From a virus: a DNA stretch of 64,000 nucleotides. Both the position numbers and the translations under genes were made by a program. Below, one piece after another: positions 27,401 to 37,300 of the stretch (its first letter is position 1; each line of letters begins with the position of its first letter). Where the stretch lies: the IMG/VR virus record IMGVR_UViG_3300037963_003542; one strand, 5' to 3'. Under the pieces are notes generated by a model that worked only from the letters and a program-made list of their open reading frames with translations, was not told the DNA's origin and searched no databases.

Positions 27401-29690
27401 ACCTGTTGTTAATTCTCCTGTTGCAAATAACAGCAATGGAGCATGTGCAGATGTTCAAAGTAACATTGATAACCTTGTTAGTATTGTAACCACATATCTC
27501 TCTCAAGGATCTTTAGTATCACCTCTACCACTCCCAATTGAATCCATGCGCGTACCATCTTTCGGAGAAGGTAAGTGCAAGCGAGATCTCGGAATTATCG
27601 TTGATGCAATCATTGCTGATATGAGATCTGGTGGTAATTCTAATATTCTAGAAGCAACTGAGCGTTATATTGACGGAACTGCTCTACTTACCAATGGTAT
27701 TGCAGGTGAACTTGCAGAATCAACAACTGCCTTCAATAAAGCGCGTGATATGGCAAAACTCGCCATTACCAACCAATTATACGAGAAAGATTTTACTATT
27801 CTCCCAGATTTCCTTACGACATCAGGGACTCTTGATTCTACCGATGTTACTGACGCACTTCTCACTGAGGGTCAGTTTGAATATGAGAATATTGACATTA
27901 AATTCTATGAGACACCAAAAGAAGGGACAACTTTCTACTCAACATTCTTCAAGTTTGTTGATGGTGCTGATAATGCGAGATATTCTTATAAGATCAAAGA
28001 TATTCTTTTTGATGGAACATCTAAGAGATATGATCTTAAGAGAAAAAATGGATCTAATATTGTGACCGAGCAAGATGAAAATCTCTTGATTTTCATCGAT
28101 GGCGTGCTGCAGATTTATGGAGAAGCATATACTATTGATAGAACAGTCAATCCCAACCAAATTGTATTTACTACTCCGATTGAGAAGGAAAGACATTTCT
28201 TCGGTTATACTTTCAGTAAGTATAAAATGCTCAATAATTTCTCCCACCTTATTAATGGAAGTAGAAAATCATTTGAATTCGCGTTTGGGGATGATAATAT
28301 TATTCCTCCTGATGTACATCAGATTTTAGTGTTACTTGATGGTGTTCCTCAGACGGAAGGAATTGCATATAATATTGTTGATAACGTTATTACTTTCACT
28401 GAGGCACCACAAGTAGATAAGAATTGCCATTGTCTGTATTTCTATGGTAAAACATTTGAAAAGACTATTTCTATCTGGAATGGTAATATATTTGAGAATT
28501 TAGAATTTCTCGGGAATTACAATCCTGATGGTTGTAAATATCAAAATAAAGTTGCAAATACTGGTGATATTGTTCATCCTGGTGATCTTATCAAAATTGA
28601 TGGAGAAACTCCCAAAGAAATTATTAGAATGGATCAAAGGGCACTTGAAAATACCGATAACTTACTTTATACGGCATATGTATATACTGATAACTCATAT
28701 ATTCGCGGTAAGAATGCGGTTGCAAGTGCAACTGTGACGGGCGTACCAGTTTCAGGATCTAATACCATAGGAGTTGAAAATACAATTGGTGTTGACAATA
28801 CTATGGGTATTCCCACAGTATATGATTATCAGGTAACTGGTGCTACCATCACAAATAGTGGACTTGAGTATGATGTTGCTCCAATTGTTCTTTTCAAGAC
28901 AACATGCGACAATCCTGGAACAGGTGCTAAGGGATATGCCGAAATCACTAACGGCAAAGTGACTAATGTTGTAATCACAGATGGTGGTTCTGGTTATAAT
29001 GCTGCTCCTGAGATAATCTTCGCCAAAAAGTATGAAATTGTCAGACCACATACACCATTGTTCACTAAAAAGAACACTATTTTGAATATGAAGGTCGAAG
29101 GTGGAAATGCTGGTGTTGTAGATATTCATGAAGATACCACCCTCGAAGATCTTCTTCCTCTGGTTGTTTCGCAGATCAGTGCAGAAAGAACTACTCATGT
29201 TCAGACTCTTCTGCACAATGCAGGAAGAACTAATGAACCTGGACTTGCATATAACTTGAATACATTTGATCAAATCAAGTTCCAGTTTGAACCATCTGAA
29301 TTTAATGATCCTCTTGCTAACTATATTGGAACTGGAGTTACCATTGAGCATATGACACGTTATGCTCCAAATATCACAATCGGAGACTTTACTACGCACG
29401 CAGGTGTTGCATACGGTTCCGCTGGTGGTGTTATTATCAATATTCCAGCAGATGCCTATGTTACATATGGTCTCACCCTCAATGGTGCTATCAATGACGC
29501 AGTTACTACCGTTACAGTAACTGGTGATGTTTCTAACTTCCCACCTGCAGGATATTTGGAATTTGGTGATGAGATTATGGAATATACATCAATCTCTGGT
29601 CAAGATTTCACAGTTGTCAGAGGTGTTAAGTCTACAACAGCAACTACACACGCAGATGGTGATTATTTAAGACTCGCTTGGCGAGGGTGA
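18486..29690 (+). CDS. gp7: baseplate wedge initiator gp7 (giant cyanophage type, 3734 aa)
   Basis: Lies between gp6 and gp8; P.F.....P....F.E.YY...E; IK.FYS.KGT..S..FLFR.LY; ITDS.YFQDFSYVI.S; HP.GFK.FGE. Confidence 0.85.
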   Translation: MNFNKLTISDLVGQQLPNFIVDEFPTYVKFFEEYYKSLEVSGGILDIQNNFLEYTNVDSLRKFNLVKTYKLQTAIDASATSIVLDKIDGLRTDGGIIGIGDEIILYSSVDIATRTLTDCERGFSATTKFDAQKTTIETSTAQSHDVDDVVTNYSSLILFFILKNYEKQYLAGFPHENIADQIGKDTLIRNIKDFYSYKGTDLSIEFLFRALYDEEVTVRYPRDRVIKASYSDWTVDDIIKVEQIEGNPYDLVGSQIRQTDATGVVQATAIIDDLLINNISNYSSGTKNIYEVRLNVLNSQVFTIPQSSILRRDISASDSVITVDSTLSFPKLNGVIEIDGEFITYRTKTFNQFIDCGRGAYGTNPAPHFVDQEVVTTEYLFGYPAGKSEEEDQVKMRILGVLSEVDIRDGSNYFETGEKIKLSPDGDTDNRPQFTSWRLNEVGNFCSSSDIQINNAVKNIPTSAFAVFKDSKYAYVTSAGLPANSIGPFRGVGYDVRNQNILKSIPLTTEKNTQKQETKNKPVGLFINGVEAFSAQDYEEVSYGSIDSVSIAQSGFGFEENIQPIFRVKDATGNGATFNASIVDGKVTSISVIDGGQDYTRDHELEVTYGFDATATIAQDAHLVNGEIKTITVTGGGQDYVATPNVEIVDTAGRGKGAFAIAQVTNNQVTGVVVLNGGTDYTDKSTIQVRIVSKGTGIFATANVKKWSFDRVFKTKNTLDANQNWIPATQVKSDLGNGYLYASSNAAYGLQYGFAQNPKLLRSSLVDNVQGVNAAYAEKTSGFVHSPILGWAYDGNPIYGPYGYSNPVDSNSAISRQTSSYALKSTAPSGRPSTAKYPLGAFIQDYDYIQGNGSLDFNNGRFCKTPEFPNGRYCYFITVDNFGSGVYPYILGKTFYSVPAANNFNLEFDQSNDSNIPEGARRIRTANTPTRGFDASLIVGEIGRGAVDSFTVTESGATFKNSDYLYIDNTDTEGSRLFGRVSQVDGKTVPRVSYQVASGSTIPATNGIPNAPWPVEISAPEYADTKFAVTAETSEPHGLSSGDEVTLSLALSNVNITKTFKVRVSNYQTITYNKPSVTTKLVVDVAFNAVNISINTPDALLLRENDYIKINDEILKITSINTNSGLLAVDRGQFNTPLRLHAATNPVTLHIPDDQPDYRLTVGSPITTTGVAGVIYNINKENSTIDVRVTSGTFASSNTIVDTSSPTGRDLDIASVSEKSVYWEIDPTGTGNHYVRDLQFRFIRGSKYIFDLSDGSNLNHNLIFSEDSANVNTLSNVSYIGTPGTPGASATIEKASLMNMDVSRVYYYDEAGGIINNKKYFSLQLLPAGTQKIDIVDSTKFQFSAPFQPEVTEWLNLISYKTTSQTAIGKISEIVVIDGGEGYKKLPKIEGVTHTLLDDIRTEISLVGGSFSEVKVINGGSRYSSSTKIFVNTTTGSGAVLTPTVVGGKIISIKVDDPGDGYSADDTITAVDTDAKIYAQGENIGKIKTVRFSNNGSQFTSDRTLSKSLLFNKKVIVRDLPSDNYKLAEVVTTTGGFEGEVESITALGNDVYLLDLLVIKGELNKGDTLVGQINQYTSVVEYATTPDVVGKVGGYVGKVGFFESDLGKISSSSQKITDSNYFQDFSYVIRSTRSLSEYKQYVDETTHPLGFKLFGEVAVENDVDFEDTVTGNPFSIGLAEDPHAREVIISLPDINVESDIVFKKHEVSVIKAADIKSYIGQGAARLNFLENQIEATKIADISSSFDDVTKTFTLTTQDGNFPKDAPNTSVMVALNEIFQEPYETQDILGITYDGGLMTVTTDGDHGYAVTTSGQTYPDQKYVHISGVINSVANINFNDKFEIYDVPSSDTFRATINNPNGVLTNNDPAVCADVKSTIDNLTTILTYYTANPSASRPIKNQGIWPDPTQGPVSANRHRDGANLISANRFHIIDRANAEISLQYPDFYYPNDPQTNSYSRYRDAYRLIMTNRKELVDRGAAQIAVDYPDFVYPGDPTTASDYRFKDAYRLIQQNRQEIIDNAWTTMQAGSNTADPAVETKCKRDIGLFIDYTSLDLVNGGNEYARKFALQYFDENGNPLTNGLLGEELASNDAFNAAKDNMILAFTNQLTVTDSTITPDPAGAPLCANVTSAITTLTGIVTAAIAAGSTAGLPTETIGADRTGEAKCKRDIGLFVDAMALDVHTGGNVYARKFLKQYFNAAGTSFTTNGLDGEILQSITAFEKVRDLMKLAIVNQLLEKDLTITSANANYWGTAVGTPTNVTYDAVTGVAQVTIANHGLNNGDDVLIKSNGLTFTCAMDGNVAEKSYPRLADGNHETAMAVSNATNDTFDITVGASPEKTFTISDADYDPVSGDVELTIGNHSLRAGTGVKIEPESITFTCNLDNDATEHSYPKSEILNATVDNAVYNPSSGVLTVTVEKHGWENGDFIKFDDNSLKFTCARDNNQTEHTYPRSTDPVSGKWIPIYDVYYDSFKVKIGVSSDTSEHTFVSAVDDGLKKKKDKTFDTSVPIISTTATTIKINVGSSTDTSVHTYVPRLYTVTDATYDPTSGILGITSANHGFTAGDGILLGDGSLTFSCTCDGNVEEISYPRSTDPASKKRLNVISATNDQLTVNIGASPLVKYTPTNATYDGSTGLMEVTIGNHGINPNTTVKMLANGITFSCGAATGTHTFVSGVTNAITAGSGGSGTFTAATGTTYDPSTGDLVLEIGSHSLTTANSVTIADGGVTFTCDADNHGSNHSYPRPTDPASGLTLSISATTATTITVNVGAAAPSGTNHSYPRTLIDSFTVTGATYTASTGAMTVTVNDHGMINGDWIKFEDDSLTFTCDQDSHNSNHTYPRSTDPVSGKFIQISNVTQNTFDVNVGESPAGQQYTHLFVSAVADGLKHKRDRSYDQPIPVVSVTDTTITLQVGTTSIVSAHTFVSALTDAIISGGEYPHTFVSAASGALNQAVVISGGNYSHTFIRAVEDAIVRPVVNSPVANNSNGACADVQSNIDNLVSIVTTYLSQGSLVSPLPLPIESMRVPSFGEGKCKRDLGIIVDAIIADMRSGGNSNILEATERYIDGTALLTNGIAGELAESTTAFNKARDMAKLAITNQLYEKDFTILPDFLTTSGTLDSTDVTDALLTEGQFEYENIDIKFYETPKEGTTFYSTFFKFVDGADNARYSYKIKDILFDGTSKRYDLKRKNGSNIVTEQDENLLIFIDGVLQIYGEAYTIDRTVNPNQIVFTTPIEKERHFFGYTFSKYKMLNNFSHLINGSRKSFEFAFGDDNIIPPDVHQILVLLDGVPQTEGIAYNIVDNVITFTEAPQVDKNCHCLYFYGKTFEKTISIWNGNIFENLEFLGNYNPDGCKYQNKVANTGDIVHPGDLIKIDGETPKEIIRMDQRALENTDNLLYTAYVYTDNSYIRGKNAVASATVTGVPVSGSNTIGVENTIGVDNTMGIPTVYDYQVTGATITNSGLEYDVAPIVLFKTTCDNPGTGAKGYAEITNGKVTNVVITDGGSGYNAAPEIIFAKKYEIVRPHTPLFTKKNTILNMKVEGGNAGVVDIHEDTTLEDLLPLVVSQISAERTTHVQTLLHNAGRTNEPGLAYNLNTFDQIKFQFEPSEFNDPLANYIGTGVTIEHMTRYAPNITIGDFTTHAGVAYGSAGGVIINIPADAYVTYGLTLNGAINDAVTTVTVTGDVSNFPPAGYLEFGDEIMEYTSISGQDFTVVRGVKSTTATTHADGDYLRLAWRG

Positions 29691-29702
29691 TAAATATAAA
29701 TA
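29689..29702 (+). promoter_or_regulatory. tandem late promoters for gp8
   Basis: GATAAATA overlapping TATAAATA, 31 nt upstream of gp8. Confidence 0.7.
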
Positions 29703-29733
29703 ACACAAGGAAAACCGTAAACCACTTATAGAG

Positions 29734-31305
29734 ATGCCAGCTTTAATTTCTGAACAATTTAGGATTCATAATGCTCAACAGTTTGAGGAAGCATTTTCTG
29801 AGACGGCAGCCACTAATATGTACTTCTTCATGGGTAGACCCCAAACTTGGGATACCGCTGCTGTAGCTGGCGCTCTCTCATATGTTGGTCAACCTGCAGG
29901 TAGTCAGCATAGTGGATCATATCTCGCTGCTCCAAACGAAAATAATCCTCCTACTCCAATTGATAGTTTCAATTATGAGAAGGAAGTCTTTGATGACATG
30001 ATTTCTCTTAAGAGAATTCAGTCATCTGATGTAAGATTAGTAGTCCCCAGACACAATTGGACATCTGGAGTTACATACTCCATGTATCGTTCTAACTATA
30101 GTGCTGATTTCAAAGCAAATTCAGCAGGAGAAAATGCTCCTCACCTGTATAGCGGCAAGTATTATGTCGTAAATAACTACAAAGTTTATAAGTGCATCTA
30201 TAACGGTTCTTCACCTGCTAATCCCAACGGAACTGCTTCTACAGTTGCTCCTACTGGTACAGGAGCAACCATCTTTAGCACTGCTGATGGTTATAGATGG
30301 AAGTTCCTTTATAGCATCGGTACAGACGATGTAATTAAGTTCTTTACTACTTCGTATATTCCTGTCCCTTCTGCATGGGGTGTTGGTTCTTCTGGTGATC
30401 CTACCAATGGTGTTGATGTTAAGGCAGCTGCTGTAGATGGTGCTATTGATACCGTAATTATCAACACTGGTGGTACTGGATATACTGACAATAATGTCAC
30501 TGGATACACTAACGTTCCCATTCGTGGAGATTGGGCAAAAAATGGTGGAACTCAAGCACTTGCCACAGTCAAAGTTACTAGTGGTGCTGTTACTGAAGTA
30601 ACAGTCACAACTCCTGGATCTGGTTATACTTACGGTTATATTAACGTAAATGCCACTGAGATTTCTGGTATTGGTGCTCCTGGTGTTTCAGCAGTTTTGG
30701 AAGTAGTCATTCCTCCTGCTGGCGGACATGGATACAATATCAATAAAGAACTTGGAACCAAGCGTGTTATGGTTAACGCCAGAGTTCAGTATGATGAGAG
30801 TCTTGAGTTCCCTGTTGACACAGACTTCAGAAGAATCGGTATTCTTCGTGATCCTGAGCAAACTGGTGGCGGTGCTGCTACTGGTGCTACATACAATGCT
30901 CTTGTAGCAGTTAAATTCCCATCAAGTACAGTTGCATCATTCAATATTGATGAAATTGTGACTCAAGCAACTACTAATGCTAAAGGTAAAGTTGTTTCAT
31001 GGGATTCAAGTACCAAAATTTTGAAACTCTATCAGAGTTCTTATGAGCACATTGGAACTGGTGATCAGGGAGGAGATCTTCCTGCTTTCTCAGGCGGTAA
31101 TGCAATTACAGGTGCAGATTCTGGATCAGTCGAGACTCCAGAAGTTGGTTATAGTTTAACTACTTCTAACTTGACATTTACCAACGGTTACGCTGGTACT
31201 GAGATCAAGAAGTATACTGGAGACATCATTTATGTTGAAAACAGAAGAACAGTTTCTCGTTCAATCGATCAGATTGAAGATGTAAAACTGGTCGTAGAAT
31301 TCTGA
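29734..31305 (+). CDS. gp8: baseplate wedge protein gp8
   Basis: MPA.IS.QFRI.NA..F; VPR.NW..G..Y.MYR; YKVYKC..N; DGY.WK.LY; FR.IG...DP; E..K..G.IIY.ENR. Confidence 0.9.
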   Translation: MPALISEQFRIHNAQQFEEAFSETAATNMYFFMGRPQTWDTAAVAGALSYVGQPAGSQHSGSYLAAPNENNPPTPIDSFNYEKEVFDDMISLKRIQSSDVRLVVPRHNWTSGVTYSMYRSNYSADFKANSAGENAPHLYSGKYYVVNNYKVYKCIYNGSSPANPNGTASTVAPTGTGATIFSTADGYRWKFLYSIGTDDVIKFFTTSYIPVPSAWGVGSSGDPTNGVDVKAAAVDGAIDTVIINTGGTGYTDNNVTGYTNVPIRGDWAKNGGTQALATVKVTSGAVTEVTVTTPGSGYTYGYINVNATEISGIGAPGVSAVLEVVIPPAGGHGYNINKELGTKRVMVNARVQYDESLEFPVDTDFRRIGILRDPEQTGGGAATGATYNALVAVKFPSSTVASFNIDEIVTQATTNAKGKVVSWDSSTKILKLYQSSYEHIGTGDQGGDLPAFSGGNAITGADSGSVETPEVGYSLTTSNLTFTNGYAGTEIKKYTGDIIYVENRRTVSRSIDQIEDVKLVVEF

Positions 31306-31343
31306 TATATATCATAGATCAAATCCCATTCTAGCTTAGTAAT

Positions 31344-34300
31344 ATGCCCCAGAGTACGAATCTAAATAAAGCTCCATATTTTGATGATTTTGATCCAGAT
31401 AATAGTTATTATAGAGTACTCTTTAGACCTGGATATTCTATCCAGTCTAGAGAGTTAACTACTCTACAATCTATTTTACAAAATCAGGTCGAAAGTCTTG
31501 CTAAAGCAAACTTTAAGCAAGGTTCTATTGTAGTACCTGGGGAACTTATTGTAGATAGACAATATAATTTTGTAAAAGTAAGTTCATTCACGAATAATCT
31601 TCAAATTACTGATTATATCGGTAAGAAGATGACTGGTAATACTTCTGGTATTTCCGCAACAGTTGTTAATGCCACACCTGCATCTACAACTGAATCCGCC
31701 ACTTTGTTTGTTAAATATGAAAGTGGTGGATCGTCTAATACTTCATTAACTTTCACTCAAGGAGAGACTATCACAGCAAACTCTCCTGGATCTCCTACTG
31801 CAATTGTTGGAGTCAACGGAAATGTTAAACCAACAACCACTAATGCCATGGGATTTGGCACTGCGGTTTCAGTTAATGAAGGCATCTATTATATTAATGG
31901 GACATTGGTTAAAAATGAGAGTGAGACCATCATCCTTGAAAAATATAACAACACACCGACTTATAAAGTTGGTTTTATTGTATCTGAACAATTAACAACT
32001 TCAGAAGAAGATCTGGCACTGCTTGATAATGCACAGGGATACTCTAACTATGCTGCTCCTGGAGCACATAGACTTAAGATCGGAGTAACATTAGTATCAA
32101 GACCAATTGATTCACCAGATCAAAGAGATTTTGTTCAACTTTTAGAGATCAAGAATGGCATTTTTAATGCGACTGTAGAACTGTCTAATACCAATGGTCT
32201 GATTGAAGATATTCTTGCAAGAAGAACTTTTGATGAGTCTGGGGACTATGTAGTAAGAGAATTCTTACTCAGTCTCAAAGAGAGTCTTGCAACTACTGAT
32301 AATAATGGTGTATATACTGTTGCTCAAGGAGGAGCTGAAGATAAATTTGTAGCAGTTTTTGATCCAGGTAAAGCATATGTAAAAGGATATGAAATTGAAA
32401 CAACCTCAACTAGATATGTTCAAATTGATAAAGCCAGAGATACACAGGTTCAAGAAAATAATGCAATTTCTCCTACAGAAGGATCTAATTTTACTGTAAA
32501 AAATCTTCTCTCATTCCCTGACGTTGAAGAGAGAGCAGAGAATGTTACTGGTTTGGGTTTGGTTAACACAAATTCAAATCAAGAGGTTGTTCTATATAAC
32601 AGACACACAGATGTGGAGTTTGGTGATACTACCGCCAACCTTGACGGCACAGCACCAGAAACTGATGCATATTTTGTTTTTACACTAACAAATCTTTCGG
32701 TACAAACAAATCCTGTAACTGCTGGTGGTGGAGAAGCTAACTTCGCCAATGGCAATCTGACTGGAAAACTGTTTTCATATCACCTTAATGCAACAGGAGA
32801 TAAAGCTGTTGCTGTGGGTAAACGTATTACTGGTACTGGTGCATGGGACATTGCAGACACCTTTAGTGTCACTGGTCTTACAGCAGAATTGAAGTCTGCT
32901 GAAAGGATTACCACACCTTTTGTTGGTGTCGGAAAAACAAAATCTTTCAAGTTTCTTTCAGGAACTTCGAGCGATGGTGATTATGCAAAAGAATCTTTGT
33001 TTAAATATGGTTTATTTGGACTGGAGTATTTTGTAAGAATTAAGTGCAAAAATCCCATTGCCTTCACTGAAGGTAAATTTATTACTGGACAAACTAGTGG
33101 TGCTAGAGGTATTGTAGAACAAAAAATTCCAGATACTCGTGAACTCGTTCTTTCTAGAGTACTTGGTGAATTTGTAGAAGGAGAAACTCTTTTGTCTGAG
33201 CAAGATGGAAGCACAACTCCATATAACTTCATTGAAACAGAAGGAACAATTGAAGAATTTAAATTCAAGACTTTTGGATCAAATTACGCAGGAACCACTG
33301 GAGACATTACCGCAATCAACATCGGTGGAGTCAATAAGTTAACTGCAATTACTGAGACAAACATTACTGTAGATACTGGTGAAATTGTATCAATCTTAAT
33401 TACAAATGCAGCAGTAAGAGAAGCACTTGGTGCTTTCAATACTACACCTAAAGTTGAGATTGTTTCAAATAGTGGTACTGGTTGCATAGTCGAACCAGTA
33501 ATGAATTATAAGAATATTGTACCTTATAATTCATCCTTTGCGAGGAGTTATTTTGGATCAACCACTCAGAATGCTTTTGCTGGTGATATTGCTTCACTAG
33601 AATCAACTTTCTTTGTTGCTGGCGGAGCAACCTTTAGTGCAACTGAAGGGGACTATTTTATTTCTGCAGATAACTTGGGATCTAGACCAGATCTTGATCT
33701 GGTTGATGGAGACATTATCTCTCTTATGGATGATATTGGTACTAATAGAAAATATATTGTTAAGTTTGCCTGCATTGATGGTGCTGCGGAAACAGCAAGA
33801 ATTTATATCTATGGTGAGGTATTATCTGACTTTAGCACCAAGAATATCCAAAGAAAGCGTTCTAAGCTGTCTGGAGTCTCCTCTAATACACTTCTATTCC
33901 CACTTCCTAATAAACACGTCAAGACTCAGGTTTTAGATCCTAACAATACAGATATCAATTATACTGTTGCCAGAGAATTCTTAGGAAATTTTGATGCTAG
34001 TTCTCAGACTAGTATTAGTATCGGAACTAATGAACAGTTCTTAGGATACTCTTCAAATTATGTGATGTCTAATCCAACCACTGGAGATCTTTTTGATCTT
34101 GAAGGCAAAGTAACTATTGGTGCCAATGCCCAAAGTATCACTATTGATATGAGTGCTTACACTGGGTTTGCAAACATACCATATAAACTTATTGCTCCTG
34201 TAACAAAATCTGATACTTCTCCAAAAACTAAGATTCTTAGAAGTGATGCTGAGTATAACATTGCAACTGGAGTTAGCGACCCTGTAATTCCTCTTCAGTA

Positions 34301-37300
34301 TGCTGATGGATATAGATTGAAAGCAGTTTATATGTCAGCATCAGGGGCAGCAGCAACTAGTTCTGATGTTGAAGTTACTGATAGATATCTATTTGATGGC
34401 GGACAGAGAGATACTCACTATGATCTTGCAAGACTTATTTTAAAACCAGGCGAAATTGCTCCAACTAGACAGTTATTAGTAGTATATGATTACTTTGAGC
34501 ACATTGGTGGTGTTGGAACAGGTGTAGCAGGTAGTGGTTACTTTACTGTCGATTCCTATACTGGAATTGATTATGCGGATATTCCTAGCTATGAATCTTC
34601 TGTATATGGCAATATTTCACTGAGAGATGTTGTAGACTTTAGACCAAGAGTATCAGATTTTACTGGTCTTAGTTCAGCAACTGTTCTTCCTGGTTATAGC
34701 GATGCCAGAACTGTTGATGCTTTAAAATTCACGGGAACAGGATCATCTTCAGCACCATTGCCTATTGCAGGAACTAGATTTGAGTCTAGTTATGAATTTT
34801 ATCTGAATAGAATTGACTCTGTTTATATTTCTAAGTCTGGTAAATTTGTGGTTGCGAAGGGTACTCCTTCTCTCAATCCACAAGTTCCCGATGAAATCTC
34901 GGATGGAATTCTTCTGTATAATCTGAATATTCCAGCATATACTTACAAGTTATCTGATATCACGACCAAGAGTTTTGACAACCGTCGTTACACGATGCGT
35001 GACATCGGTAAACTTGAGAAGAGAATTGAGAAACTTGAATATTATACTGTACTTAGTCTGCTTGAGCAAGATACCTTCAACACTCAAGTTAGAGATGAGT
35101 TTGGTAACGACAGATTCAAGAATGGTATTCTTGTAGATAATTTTGAGGGTCATGGTGTTGGCAATACTTCCTCATTAGATTATAGGTGTTCTATTGATAC
35201 TCAAACTGGTGTGCTTAGACCAAGTTTTGCTTCTTCCCAGACTTCTCTCGAAGAAAGAAATATTACCACAGCACAAAGATCTGCTAGTGGTTATATTAGA
35301 AGTGGAAACTTGATCACACTTCCTTTCACTGAGCAAAGTACAGTGGTGAACAAATATGCCACCAAGGCTATTAAAATTAATCAGAACAAGTCATCAAAAT
35401 TCTCTGGAATGATGAAATTGACTCCTGATGTTGATGAATGGAAAGATACAACTAAATCACCAGAATTAATTGTAAATGAAAACTCAGTATTTGATGTTAT
35501 CAAAAATGATAACAATTCTTGGGGTAGTTTTTGGAATGAGTGGCAAATTTCTTGGACTGGTACGCCAACTTATACGCTGAATAACTCTACTAACAGCACT
35601 GGTGCTCAGTTTGCTTCTGATCCTAATTTAGTTATTAAAGGAAAAACTAGAACTAGAAGCAGAAATGGTACTCAGAATAGATTGTCGCCATATGGTGCAT
35701 CTTCTGCTGATAGAGGTCAGAGAGCTGTTTCGTCACCATATATTCCTTATATCAGATCAAAACTAGTAAAATTTGTTGCAGAAGGTCTTGAGCCAGACAC
35801 TCAACTTTTTGCCTTCTTTGATGGCATTGAAGTTTCTTCATGGGTGGACCCAGATGATGTTACTAATATCACTACTCCATTCACAGGAAAAGCTGGTTAT
35901 GCAGAGAAAGGTTTTGGTGAAAAAATTGTTACCGATGATAAAGGTAGAATTAGTGGATATTTCTTAATCCCTAATGGATACGCCCCTGTAAAATCAAAGA
36001 AATCTCTGAGTTTTTCTAATGATCCCAAAACATTCTTTGATACAAGCACCACTAAGAGATCCTTCATTGCTGGAACTAAATCATTCAGATTGACCTCAAG
36101 TTCCACTAACTCATCTAATTCTGCTGATGTTACTACATTTGCAGAAGCAGTATACACTGTGAGTGGTCTTCCAAATACTACCACTAATTCGATTCAATCG
36201 ACTAGAGTTCCTTACATTAACAGAAGATCTACTTCCAACTCCGACACAGTTCAGTATGTTGGAAGTTCTTTGGTTAATGTAAACCAAACTGGACTCTTAG
36301 ATCCTCTCGCACAGAACTTTAGAGTATCTGGATTTGATGGAGGGGTATTCTTATCCAGTATAGATTTATTCTTCAAGAATAAGCAGACACCAACTGATGA
36401 AGATACAAATAGACCAGTATCAATTTATGTAACAGATACTAATGGTGGTCTTCCCACTAGAAATGTCATTCCTTTCAGCGAAGTCAGCATGAACGCTGAC
36501 ACTGAACTTAGAATCAAGATTAATACTACTGTTCCAAATGGAGAGACTCTTCTTGCTGGAGAAACTATTAATGGATCCGTCTCTGGTGCATCTGGAACAA
36601 TTAAAAGTGATTTAACTGTTACTAATACTGACACCAGATATACTTTAACACTTTCCAATCACAATGGTGTTGATTTTATTGCAGGTGAAGCATTCACAGT
36701 AAATAGATCTCCATCTATTGCAACCACAACATTTAATATTGATGAAGATTCTGGTGTAGTTGACAGAATTAGAGTTACCTCATTCGGTAGTGGTTATGAT
36801 GAACTCACAACATCTGTAAATGTTTTTGGTGAAAATGGAGGAACGTTTGGTTCAAACGCTACCGCCTCAGCAAAACTTTATGATGGTAGAGTTTATGAAA
36901 TTGAAGTAACAAATAGAGGTTCAAATTATTATATTGCACCAAATGTGACTATTAACGGTGGTGATGGTCAGGCATCTGCAGAAGCGGTTCTTAGAATTAC
37001 TAATCCTGCAGTCAAAATGGGAATTTCCACCTCAACTGATGCTGAAGTTAAAACCAGATTTAGATTTGAGTCACCAATACATTTGCAAAATGATTCGACA
37101 TATTCAGTTGTTGTTTCATCTTCATCTTCCGATTATGAAATCTACAGTTCCAAAGTTGGAGATGCACTTATTGGAAGTTCTGTTGTTGCATCACCACAAT
37201 CTCATGTTGGTTCTCTGTTTAAATCACAAAATTCCACAGCTTGGACACAAGATTCTGCCGAAGCAGTTAAGATTGCAGTAAACAGATGTGTGTTTACAAC

